Virus record (IMG/VR): IMGVR_UViG_3300035701_000043
Coordinates: 1-53,235 of that record
Source of the DNA: a virus
Taxonomy: Duplodnaviria; Caudoviricetes
Direction: 5' to 3' (one strand)
Length of the DNA: 53,235 nucleotides
This document shows positions 44,521 to 53,235 of this stretch, in pieces. Each line of letters starts with the position of its first letter. The first letter of the stretch is position 1. The notes under the pieces are model-generated. The model saw only the letters and a list, made by a program, of their open reading frames with translations, was not told the origin of the DNA and did no database searches. The position numbers were made by a program, and so were the translations under genes.

Positions 44521-47500
44521 TGTCTGAAGAGTATGCTCTATTAATTAAGGTCAGCACAGATGTTGAAAGAGCCATAAATGCATTAGATCAGACCTCTGCA
44601 GCAACTGCGAAATTAGGTAGTGAAAGCGATGTAGCGAAAGACAAAGTAGATGCCCTGAAAAAGAAGGTTGATGACTTCACGCCGTCGACCAGAGGACTGA
44701 TAACTGGGCTCAGTGGGGTGGCGACCGCTGCCTGGGGCCTCTATCAGGGATACGATAGACTGATCGACACCCAGGTCAGCGTCGACAAGGCGATGCTGTC
44801 AGCCAAGTCCACCGCCAACTCGGCTGAGGACGCTCAGACTCGTTATAACGCCGTGGTGGCGAAGTTCGGTGCTGCGTCGGACCAGGCTACGGCGGCGCTA
44901 AAGGACCTAGAAATCGCTCAGGAACGTGCAACCGTCGCGCAGGATCGAGCCGACATGGTGGCGGGGAACCTAAAGGAGAGTTATGTCGGCTTCGCGTTGA
45001 TGGTTATCCCCGCGTCGATAACGATGATCGACGGTCTCGGCAGGACTATGAAGAACCTCGGGATGGAGACAACCGTCAGTTCCGCCCTCGCTAGCGTCGC
45101 GGGCACGGCTTGGGGAGTTCTCACTGGGAAGATCGCGCTGACGACCGTGGCGACCGGCATAATGACCGCGGCCCAAGGAGCCCTGAATGCGATCATGGCC
45201 ATCAACCCGATATACCTCGTAATCATGGCCCTCGCCGCCCTAGCCATCGGTCTCAAATGGGCCTACGACAACGTGGAGCCCTTCAGGAACGCCGTGGACG
45301 CCCTCGGCAGGATTCTCGCGGATAGGCTCAAGCCGATCCTCGACATGATCGGTGGGGCGCTGCAGAAGGTGGGCGACTTCTGGAACTGGCTGACGGGGCA
45401 GACTAAGGCAGCGAACGCGGCTCAGACCAGGACGATTGAGGAAAACGCCCAGAAGCAACTCGCGGCTCTTGATGAGTGTTGGTCCATTACTGAGGCTTTA
45501 GCAGAGGACTCGTATAAGAAGCAGGTCGATCTTGCCGCCAAGGCGTGGCTGGATAAGCTGAATGTCGAGGCGACGGGCTTCGACAAGGTCATCGAGGAAT
45601 ACGGGAAGCACTACGACAAGCTCGAGACCGACATAAGCAGCGCCCTGGACGCCCAACTCGGGGACATAAAGAGCAGTTACGATGACCAGAAGAGCGCCAT
45701 CGAGGACGCCCTGGAAACCCAACTCGCCGCCGTCAACAATATCTACGATGATCAGACCCACGCCGTTAAGAACGCCCTAAACACCCAACTCGACGCCGTC
45801 AAAGACGCATTGAGCGCCCAACTTGACTCTGTCGACAAGGCGTACCAAGACCAGACCGATGCCATCAAGGAGAAACTAAGCACCGCCCTCGACACTATCA
45901 GAGACTCCTACCGGACTCAGACGGATGTGGTCAAAGCGGCCGCCGACGCCGAAATCAGGGCGACTCAGAACAAGTACGATAAACTCATCGAAGCCTCACA
46001 GATGGGTTTGGATACCGTCAAGGAGACCTACAAAAACCAGACGGACTCAATTAAGGCGGAATACGGTAAACAACTAGACGACACCGCGGCGTACTACAAC
46101 AAACTCATTGGCGTGGTCGAGGGCGGCCTTAGCGAGATCACCGGCGCGAGAAGAAAGGACCTCGACGAACTCGAACTCAACTTCCTGCTCCAGAAGGAGG
46201 CAGCCGACAACGCCTACGCCAGCGGTCAACTAACCAAGGAGCAGTACGAGAAGACCATCAGCGACCTCGAGAAGACCTACAACACCACGCGGAGCGCGAA
46301 GAGCCAGGACTACAGGATAAAGGAGTTGCAGTACGAGGAAGCTCATGCTGGTGAACTTGAGGCGCTCCAGGCCAAGAAGAAGGACGCCGTAACGAAGATC
46401 CAGGAAGAGGAGAACGCGAAACTCCGCTCGCTCGAGGAAGCCTACATGTCCTCGGAGAAGGCCGCAAAGGCGGAACTCGAGGCATTGAAGAAGGAGCAAA
46501 GCAATGCCCTCGTCAAGATCAAGGACGAGGAAAACGCCAAACTAAAGACCCTTGACGACTGGCAGTACGAGACCCAGAGGAGTATGAAGGCCGTCGCCGA
46601 CGCGCTTCTGGAGACAATGGAAACTCAGCACATCAGCGACGTAGAGACCCTCAAGAAGACAGCGGCAGATCAACTCGTGGCTCTGGAGACGGCGCACAAC
46701 ATCAAAATTGAGGCCCTGAAGAAGGCGGCTGCGGATCAGATCGCGGCCCTCGAAGCGAAGCAGGCCGCCGACGAGCAGCAGGCCAAGGGCGTCGCGAACG
46801 CCCAGATGAACCTACTGGAAGGCCGCCGCAAGACGGACATAGGGGCCATTAGGGCCGAGATGAAGGCGATGGAGGACAAGTTCCAAGCAGACCTCATCAA
46901 GCTGGAGGCGGATAAAGCCGCCGAGAGGAACGCCATCGTCGCCAAGGCCGAGGACGACAAGAAGGTCATCGAGGACAGGGGCCATGCGGACAGCCTCGCG
47001 GTGATGGACGCCTACCGCGAGAACGCGAGGATCAGGAACGAGGCGATGGCGACGAGCCTCGGCAATATCTGGAGCGGCATGGTCTCGGCGGCGCAGAACG
47101 CCTGGAACTGGATCTGCGGCATCTTCAGTCAGAGCGTCCCGTCGCCTACTTACCCTACTCCTCCAAGCCCGACTTACCCCGCGGTGCCCCAGGATGGGGG
47201 GTTAGACGGTGGAGTGGATGCGGCTGCGAGGTTGCAGGCGGCGGCGGAGGCGGCGGCGGATGCAGCGTGGGCCGCCACGAGGAGAACGCAGTCAGAAGCG
47301 GCGGCGAACGCGGCGGCACTAGCGGCGTATGCTGATGTATTGGCAACCAGCGCGGGCGGTCTAGCCGGCGGCGAGGCGGCGGCTCAGCACGGATTCGAGG
47401 GCCTCGTCACGAAACCTACACGGATTCTCGTCGGCGAGGCGGGGCGCGAGTGGGTCAGCGTCACCCCGATGGGAAGGGGCGGGGGAGGCGGAGGTGGGGC

Positions 47501-47603
47501 AGATCGCTCGATAACCTTCAACTTCACCATCCAGGGGAACGCAGATGAGGCGACCGCCCGCCTCGCGGCGGACCTGATCCTCCGACAATTAAGGAAGTAT
47601 TAA
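44520..47603 (+). CDS. Tape measure protein
   Basis: 1027 aa, Ala-rich and helical; ALNA.MA.NPI..VI.AL hydrophobic segment; 11-residue periodicity; VGEAGREWV C-terminal motif. Confidence 0.9.
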   Translation: MSEEYALLIKVSTDVERAINALDQTSAATAKLGSESDVAKDKVDALKKKVDDFTPSTRGLITGLSGVATAAWGLYQGYDRLIDTQVSVDKAMLSAKSTANSAEDAQTRYNAVVAKFGAASDQATAALKDLEIAQERATVAQDRADMVAGNLKESYVGFALMVIPASITMIDGLGRTMKNLGMETTVSSALASVAGTAWGVLTGKIALTTVATGIMTAAQGALNAIMAINPIYLVIMALAALAIGLKWAYDNVEPFRNAVDALGRILADRLKPILDMIGGALQKVGDFWNWLTGQTKAANAAQTRTIEENAQKQLAALDECWSITEALAEDSYKKQVDLAAKAWLDKLNVEATGFDKVIEEYGKHYDKLETDISSALDAQLGDIKSSYDDQKSAIEDALETQLAAVNNIYDDQTHAVKNALNTQLDAVKDALSAQLDSVDKAYQDQTDAIKEKLSTALDTIRDSYRTQTDVVKAAADAEIRATQNKYDKLIEASQMGLDTVKETYKNQTDSIKAEYGKQLDDTAAYYNKLIGVVEGGLSEITGARRKDLDELELNFLLQKEAADNAYASGQLTKEQYEKTISDLEKTYNTTRSAKSQDYRIKELQYEEAHAGELEALQAKKKDAVTKIQEEENAKLRSLEEAYMSSEKAAKAELEALKKEQSNALVKIKDEENAKLKTLDDWQYETQRSMKAVADALLETMETQHISDVETLKKTAADQLVALETAHNIKIEALKKAAADQIAALEAKQAADEQQAKGVANAQMNLLEGRRKTDIGAIRAEMKAMEDKFQADLIKLEADKAAERNAIVAKAEDDKKVIEDRGHADSLAVMDAYRENARIRNEAMATSLGNIWSGMVSAAQNAWNWICGIFSQSVPSPTYPTPPSPTYPAVPQDGGLDGGVDAAARLQAAAEAAADAAWAATRRTQSEAAANAAALAAYADVLATSAGGLAGGEAAAQHGFEGLVTKPTRILVGEAGREWVSVTPMGRGGGGGGGADRSITFNFTIQGNADEATARLAADLILRQLRKY

Positions 47604-47605
47604 AC

Positions 47606-49261
47606 ATGTGGTACGCCAAGGTTCAGGTCACCGATCTAAGTAGCGTGGTTCACGACATCAGCCCCGGCATTCTTGGGTCTGGGGACGCCCTCAAAGTGAG
47701 CCTCGAAAACGGGGTGGCAGATGACTTCACCTTCTCGCTGGAGGACTACGACGGAACGAAGAGAACCTGGCTAGAGCGAGGGTGTATCGTGGAGATATTC
47801 ATCGACACATTCAAGCCGCCGACGACCCGGCGCCTCTACGGTATGGTGGAGGAGGTGAGGGAGACGTGGCCCCTGCCGGCTACCATAGTTGTCGAGGTTA
47901 CGGGCCGCGACGTGTTCCATATCTACTTGGACCGGAAGGTCACGGAGACCTACCTGAACAAGGAGGTAAGCCTGATCGTCGCGGACCTGTTGACGAAATA
48001 CGCGCCGACAGTGAACCAGTTCGACATCGATGTCACGACGACGACCCTCGACGACGCCCGGTTCCCATATAGGAGCCTCAGCGAAGTCCTAGACTACCTA
48101 ACCACTGTAAGCGGCTTCACATATCGCTGTATTTGGCCTGACTTCTATTGGAAGGCCGCGAAGACGGAGGACTCGGGCGTCACCTACGACCAAACCGATC
48201 TCTCCCCGGGCGCCGAGAAGCTGTCGAGCCTGTACTCCATCAAGAACCGGGTCTACGTCCTCGGCGGCTACTACTACGAGGTAGACAAGGAGCAGTTGGT
48301 CCACACCGCTGCAGTAAACACAAAGGACTACTGGTACGCCCAGAGCTTCACGCCCCAGAGATCCGACCTGGATCAGATCAGCCTATACCTCAAGCGGACG
48401 CTGAACCCGGCTAACCTTGAGGGGGAGATACGTACAGACAGCGCGGGTCCGGATGCGAAGGTCGCCACGTTCAGTATCGATAAGGACTTCGTGGAGACCG
48501 CGGCAAGCTGGAGGCCCACCCGGATCGAGGCGACGCTCCTCATCGGCGTGAAGTACTGGATCGTCCTTCAGGTAGTCGGCGACGTAACTGATTACTATGA
48601 GTGGTACCATGATAATCTAGCGGCGGGTGAGAACGCCTACAGCGTCGACGGCTTAGCCTGGACCGTGCAGGCTGCGAGCTACCAGATGGCCTACAAGACG
48701 CATTACAAGGTCCCCGTTCTCGCCGCGAAGCAGAACTACGCCTCAAGCGGAGACTACATGTGGCGGGAATATGTCCACAGGGACGAAGCGATAGTGACTG
48801 GGGAAGCGGCGCGAGCGACGGCTCAGGCGCTTCTAGATGAGATGGTGGACGAAACCCCGAACATCAAGAATCTAGAAACAGTGAATCAGGCCGTCGTCCC
48901 CGACCGCGGCAAGCTGGTGACGATAACTCTTGCGCCCCTTGGAATCACCGCGGTGCAATACGTGGTACAGACGGTATCCTTCAGCTTCCCCGGGGGGCAG
49001 GACGGCGTCGTGTTCATGGACGTCGGCCTCGGTAGGTCGGCGGAGGAGCTCGCCGAGTGGCTGAACAGGCTGCGCCTAGACATCGACCGCACCAAAATAG
49101 GTTCATTCGGCGTAGACATGGGCCTCGTCAACCTAGTTGAGGCAGTGGGGCCGGACACGGCGACGGCCCTAGACGCAGTCGTGGCGACGGAGTTGGCCAG
49201 CGGCTCATTCAAGATTGAGGCCGCAAATATAGCAAAAATTGCCTTCAGTGATGTGGCGTGA
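47606..49261 (+). CDS. Tail hub/baseplate-like protein with inserted beta-sandwich domain
   Basis: After the tape measure gene; G.VE...V.GRD; IV.DLL..YAP; NRVYVLGG; AQSFTP...YWIVL insert. Confidence 0.7.
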   Translation: MWYAKVQVTDLSSVVHDISPGILGSGDALKVSLENGVADDFTFSLEDYDGTKRTWLERGCIVEIFIDTFKPPTTRRLYGMVEEVRETWPLPATIVVEVTGRDVFHIYLDRKVTETYLNKEVSLIVADLLTKYAPTVNQFDIDVTTTTLDDARFPYRSLSEVLDYLTTVSGFTYRCIWPDFYWKAAKTEDSGVTYDQTDLSPGAEKLSSLYSIKNRVYVLGGYYYEVDKEQLVHTAAVNTKDYWYAQSFTPQRSDLDQISLYLKRTLNPANLEGEIRTDSAGPDAKVATFSIDKDFVETAASWRPTRIEATLLIGVKYWIVLQVVGDVTDYYEWYHDNLAAGENAYSVDGLAWTVQAASYQMAYKTHYKVPVLAAKQNYASSGDYMWREYVHRDEAIVTGEAARATAQALLDEMVDETPNIKNLETVNQAVVPDRGKLVTITLAPLGITAVQYVVQTVSFSFPGGQDGVVFMDVGLGRSAEELAEWLNRLRLDIDRTKIGSFGVDMGLVNLVEAVGPDTATALDAVVATELASGSFKIEAANIAKIAFSDVA

Positions 49262-49262
49262 T

Positions 49263-49715
49263 ATGAAACTAAAAGATGAAGTACGAGTAAAGGGCCGCTG
49301 CCGGCTCACCATCAGGGACGCGGAGACGGGTGAAATCCTCGAACAGATGCCCTGGAGGAACAACCTCGTCACGGACGACGGGGAGGAACTCTACGCCAAA
49401 TTGATGAAGGGCGACGCCCTCGACCCATGCGGGTACTGTGCGGTGGGTTCCGGCTTCACGCCGGCGGCCGAGGGTGACTCGGCGATGGAGGCCGAGATAG
49501 GCCGCCTCGTGGTCACGAACATCTCCATAACCGGCTCCGCGGTCACATATGACACCTTCTTCGGAGCGGCCGACTGCAATGGAACGTGGTGGGAGATAGG
49601 AATGCTGACTTTGGCAGTGGGGGGTGTCCTCGTCGCCCGAACCGTGTTGGGCGCCTCAAAGACAAAAAACGCCACAAAAACTGTGACAGTGAGCTATGAA
49701 CTTTCAGTGACTTGA
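49263..49715 (+). CDS. Distal tail protein
   Basis: NLVT..G; AVGSG...D..M..EI.R; NGT..EIG; K......TV.Y pattern. Confidence 0.65.
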   Translation: MKLKDEVRVKGRCRLTIRDAETGEILEQMPWRNNLVTDDGEELYAKLMKGDALDPCGYCAVGSGFTPAAEGDSAMEAEIGRLVVTNISITGSAVTYDTFFGAADCNGTWWEIGMLTLAVGGVLVARTVLGASKTKNATKTVTVSYELSVT

Positions 49716-49744
49716 TTAAATTAAAATGAAGGAGGAGAAGTGAA

Positions 49745-50341
49745 ATGGTTGGAGAAGGACTTTGGATCGTCGCTGATATTCTGACAGCGGATCGCATGAA
49801 TATGAAGACTCTGTACATCGGTGCGGCGGCGCCGGGCACCACTTATGCGGGGATGCTCTGGTTCGACACCGATGACGACAAGCTTTACCAGCGGAACGCG
49901 GCGGATGACGCTTGGATAGAACGTACCGGCGAACTAGATTCATCTCTCGGCGTAGATGACACGGGAAGCGGTATAATCACCGTCGACACCGTGGGCGAAA
50001 ACGTCTCGGCGGGGGAGGTGCTCTTCATGGAGAGCGACGGCAAATACTGGAAGGCGGACGCGGACACGGCGGCGAAGATGCCCGCGACGGTGATGGCCAT
50101 GGGGACTATACTGGCCGACGCCGCCGGAAAACTCCTACATGTGGGGTACTTCAGGCATGATGCCTGGGCGTGGGTGCTGGGCGCGGGGGCGGTTAATCTC
50201 CTCTTCGCGTCCGTCACCCCCGGGGCGATGAGCCAAACATCTCCCGTGGGGTCGGGTGATCAGGTGCAGGTCTGCGGATATGTGGTGACTGCCGACATAG
50301 TGTTCTTCAATCCAAGCTACGTGGTGACGGAGTTGATCTGA
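49745..50341 (+). CDS. Tail-associated structural protein
   Basis: G.LWFDTD...LY; GE....G..L....DGK.WKADAD. Confidence 0.6.
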   Translation: MVGEGLWIVADILTADRMNMKTLYIGAAAPGTTYAGMLWFDTDDDKLYQRNAADDAWIERTGELDSSLGVDDTGSGIITVDTVGENVSAGEVLFMESDGKYWKADADTAAKMPATVMAMGTILADAAGKLLHVGYFRHDAWAWVLGAGAVNLLFASVTPGAMSQTSPVGSGDQVQVCGYVVTADIVFFNPSYVVTELI

Positions 50342-51123
50342 TGGGGATTGCGAAGATAGCTGGGAAGAATATAGATGACCTGTCGAAGTTGATGGGGAAG
50401 GACATCATCTCTGAGGGCACCGCCGCCGTGGGGGATGTTAAGGACCCCGAGACCTTCTATGCGGGCAGTACCGCGTTGAAGACGGGAACTATGCCCACGG
50501 TGGCCGTTGCCCCTGCTAGTAGCGCGTATCCTGCAGGTTATCACGCGGGGGATGTGGGCGGCCTCCCGGCGATCGATGCCGACCTCGCGACGGCGAACAT
50601 CAAGAGCGGCGCCACGATATTCAACGTGGCGGGGGCGGCCACCGTTCAGGATATAGCGGACGGCGACTTGACGGTGGCGGAGGCCCTAACGGGTAAGAAA
50701 TTCTACGCGGTCACCGGCGGCGTGAAGACGGGTACCGCGGCCCTAGCTGAAAACGCAAACGCCGAAAACACTTGGATAGGCACCGCGTCAACGGATATTA
50801 TTTATCCTAAATATGATTCGGTGGCTCTTAACGCAACGATTTTGTCTGGAAGCATCACCACAACCAAGAGAACAATGATTGTAGTAGTAGCAGTTATTGT
50901 ACACCCATACCCATTAGGAAGTGGTCAAATTCAGAGGGGCGGCGTTGATAAAACCATTGAAGAAACGATAAGTGCTGTAAACAACAGTCGTTATTCTATG
51001 CATTTATTATATGCTACTGAGGTGCTTGATGCCGGAACATATCAATATGATTTAGTAAATACATGGATGAACAACCTGCCTGCTCATTTGGCCGGCTTAA
51101 AAATTATTGCAGTAAACTTCTAA
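50341..51123 (+). CDS. Tail fibre/adhesin-like protein
   Basis: TA...DV....TFY.G...TGTM and DADL...NIKSG.TIF.V.G repeats; AT-rich 3' end. Confidence 0.7.
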   Translation: MGIAKIAGKNIDDLSKLMGKDIISEGTAAVGDVKDPETFYAGSTALKTGTMPTVAVAPASSAYPAGYHAGDVGGLPAIDADLATANIKSGATIFNVAGAATVQDIADGDLTVAEALTGKKFYAVTGGVKTGTAALAENANAENTWIGTASTDIIYPKYDSVALNATILSGSITTTKRTMIVVVAVIVHPYPLGSGQIQRGGVDKTIEETISAVNNSRYSMHLLYATEVLDAGTYQYDLVNTWMNNLPAHLAGLKIIAVNF

Positions 51124-51137
51124 TGGAGAGAAAAAAA

Positions 51138-51809
51138 ATGTGGTATCTCCTACACGCCAAGTGTAAGCCCATCGAGTGGGCGAAGGCCGAGTTCCGCTGG
51201 CTCAAACCCGCGAAGGTGAGGGACAGCCAGTTCGGGGACGGCTACTTCAGCCTCCAGCTCAACACCATCTCACCCGAGAAGGCGTGGGTCCAGCAGAACT
51301 GCCTCCAAGTCACATCGGGGCAGGGCGTCTTCAAGCGGCTGATCTGGAACAGGACCCTCAGCATGAGGCCGACGGCGAACTACCAGACCACGGAGCTCCC
51401 CGAGGAACTCACCGAGCGGATCAAGGGCTTCGGGGAGAGGCCCTTCCAACAGGTCAACCTCGCCCTCATGGGGGACAGCATAACCATAGAAATCTTCGAC
51501 TGGCCCGAACTCATATTCAGGGACAGTCTCCCCTTCACCACCGAGCCCATCACCGCCATACAGGCGGTCGTGACGGGATACGGCAACTACAGCAAGGCCG
51601 CCTTCGAGGAGGCGGAGTTTATCATCACCGTGGAGGCGCCCGTGCCACTCTTCGCCCAGAGGATCGACCCGAAGGCGCTGGACTTCAACGCCCTGAAATG
51701 CGGGGTGCTGAGCCTCGTGGGCGCGACGTGGGAATCCTCAAACATGGGGCAGGAACTCTCGACGGGCGACAACTGCCCCGCCATCGGCATAAAGACGCTC
51801 CCAACCTAA
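51138..51809 (+). CDS. Hypothetical protein
   Basis: Last rightward ORF, converging on the integrase; start may be 51123. Confidence 0.6.
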   Translation: MWYLLHAKCKPIEWAKAEFRWLKPAKVRDSQFGDGYFSLQLNTISPEKAWVQQNCLQVTSGQGVFKRLIWNRTLSMRPTANYQTTELPEELTERIKGFGERPFQQVNLALMGDSITIEIFDWPELIFRDSLPFTTEPITAIQAVVTGYGNYSKAAFEEAEFIITVEAPVPLFAQRIDPKALDFNALKCGVLSLVGATWESSNMGQELSTGDNCPAIGIKTLPT

Positions 51810-51863
51810 ATTCTATAGTAATTCCTCCCAGTCAAGCATATAACCCTAGGGGGTTCCTTGAAT

Positions 51864-53063
51864 TCATGGTTGGCGGCTCCGCCGCCACCGCTGAAATTCT
51901 TCGTCCCGCCCCCTAGAGAACACGTTCGTCCCAACTAGGCGGCTCCACTCCGCCCGATCAAACCTCTCCTCCTGCGCCTCCTTCCACACCGCAAGCTCCC
52001 GGCGAAGCTCCTCGACCTCGGCGTTCTGTCCTTTCTTAGACTCTTCGAGTTCACGCCTAAGTTTCACCACCTCGTCCTCATGCACCAGTTTGAAGGGCCT
52101 AGTCTCGCTGAGTATGTTCAGTATCGACAGCGCCGCCTCGTACTGCTTGCGGAGCCCATCCTCATCCCTAGCCGTCTTATCGTATCCGAACTTGTCGAAG
52201 GCTTCCCGGTGGCCCATGAAGTATTCGCCGTATTCGACGGGCACGCCCGAGCGCCGCCATAGTGTCCGGTAGACATCACGTATCTCATGGGTGTTTGTCC
52301 CCGTCCATCCCTTCTCTGTCTTGATACCGATTCTGATCAGCTTGCGCGTCCAGTAGCGGTACAAGGCCACTTTGGTCAGCGGCTCCCCGTGTGTGTTGAT
52401 AAATATCGCTCCGGGCCGCGTCCCTCTTTCACCCAGATACCGCTTGAGGGCTGCCAACGCGTCGCCGCCTATGAACGTCGAGTAATTGTATTGGTTCTTG
52501 TCGCCCTTCCTGCCATGTAGACTGATTTTAACGAGTTTAACATTCTCGTCGAGCCGCCTCTGGAGATCCTCATATCCCCCGTTGCTCCATGACACAAACT
52601 CGGATTGACCCATACCCGAGCCCAACATGACCATGAATACGGCCTGATAGGTCACATTGCTACTGAGGATCACCCGTTTGATATCCTCGGGCGTCAGGGT
52701 GCCCTCCACCTTCGGCCTGTCACCGTGAAGGTTGAGCGTCCTGTCCGAGGGGAGTTCAACCCGGTTGTGTGCGAAGAATGACTTAACCACCTTATCCCCA
52801 TTCGCCTTATGGCTCAGTCTACCCCTCAAGCTGAGAAGGTACGCCTTCTTGGTGTCTAGGAACTCATTGATCCGCCGGGGCGTGGCGTCCAGGCAGAACT
52901 CCACGAGTTCATCAGGCGTCATTGACCCAAATTTAGGGCTGTTTACCCTAACCCAATCCATGAAGGATTCCAGGTGCCAAAGGTAGCCTTTACGAGTGGA
53001 TTCGTTGATACCGCTCAACCACTTCTCTACTGAGGAGTATCCTTCTAGCTTAACTTCGGTCAT
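51864..53063 (-). CDS. int: Tyrosine recombinase/integrase
   Basis: N-terminal SAM-like domain (STRKGYLWHL..F..W); HEIR, MGH and GY motifs; adjacent to attR. Confidence 0.9.
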   Translation of the reverse strand: MTEVKLEGYSSVEKWLSGINESTRKGYLWHLESFMDWVRVNSPKFGSMTPDELVEFCLDATPRRINEFLDTKKAYLLSLRGRLSHKANGDKVVKSFFAHNRVELPSDRTLNLHGDRPKVEGTLTPEDIKRVILSSNVTYQAVFMVMLGSGMGQSEFVSWSNGGYEDLQRRLDENVKLVKISLHGRKGDKNQYNYSTFIGGDALAALKRYLGERGTRPGAIFINTHGEPLTKVALYRYWTRKLIRIGIKTEKGWTGTNTHEIRDVYRTLWRRSGVPVEYGEYFMGHREAFDKFGYDKTARDEDGLRKQYEAALSILNILSETRPFKLVHEDEVVKLRRELEESKKGQNAEVEELRRELAVWKEAQEERFDRAEWSRLVGTNVFSRGRDEEFQRWRRSRQP

Positions 53064-53109
53064 GGGCTAAGGATTGTTGTCTGACCATATAACATTTTTG
53101 CTTTGTTAT

Positions 53110-53116
53110 CCACCTC
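53110..53116 (+). repeat. attR core CCACCTC
   Basis: Reconstituted attP reads TGTTAT-CCACCTCAGT-ATAACA, an inverted repeat around the core; lies about 46 bp upstream of the integrase start. Confidence 0.85.
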
Positions 53117-53235
53117 GACATCGACCCCATCACGGCCTCCTGGGAGTGGGACCCCTACGAGCCAAAGGTGGAGGGAAACAGGCTCTGGGGCGCGGGCATC
53201 CACAACATGAAGAGCGGCGACGCCGCGATGATGTG
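53111..53235 (+). pseudogene. 3' continuation of the same host M20 peptidase gene
   Basis: Reads HLDIDPITASWEWDPYEPKVEGNRLWGAGIHNMKSGDAAMM; joined to 1-126 through the shared core it gives FNGHLD...W..DP......G.LWG.G...MK.G, the M20 signature. Confidence 0.85.

Larger units (their letters stand above)
120..53116. mobile_element. Integrated archaeal tailed provirus (siphovirus-like), attL to attR
   Basis: CCACCTC direct repeat at both ends interrupts one host ORF; tyrosine integrase next to the right end; complete set of packaging, head and tail genes; PCNA, RPA-like and primase-helicase genes. Confidence 0.95.

Noticed and set aside
1-53235. tRNA or rRNA genes
   Set aside because: No cloverleaf or rRNA-like segment was recognised by eye; the att site is in a protein gene. 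A tRNAscan-SE run would be needed to exclude them.

Overview
The window is an apparently complete ~53-kb archaeal tailed provirus (Caudoviricetes, siphovirus-like: HK97-type capsid, terminase, portal, long tape measure, no sheath gene). It is integrated through a 7-bp CCACCTC core into the metal-binding GHLD motif of a host M20/ArgE-DapE peptidase gene. The archaeal host is indicated by PCNA, an RPA-like OB-fold protein, GGTGA ribosome-binding sites and TATA boxes; a Bathyarchaeia-like host is an unverified guess. Left to right: a switch region with divergent RHH regulators; accessory genes with repeated junction motifs; replication genes (RPA-like, PCNA, primase-SF3 helicase with an internal iteron origin); a nucleotide-metabolism block; a solo TnpB; a structured non-coding region; packaging and head genes; a seven-gene sugar-modification cluster directly after the capsid gene; tail genes; and a tyrosine integrase. 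The most striking element is a lone 189-aa Cas7/RAMP-like gene (12135-12704) flanked by two non-coding arrays of strictly 5-nt-periodic GGT-NN units with shared leader and trailer sequences. This is a candidate minimal RNA-guided system with a non-contiguous guide code. All product calls come from motif recognition by eye; no database searches were run.
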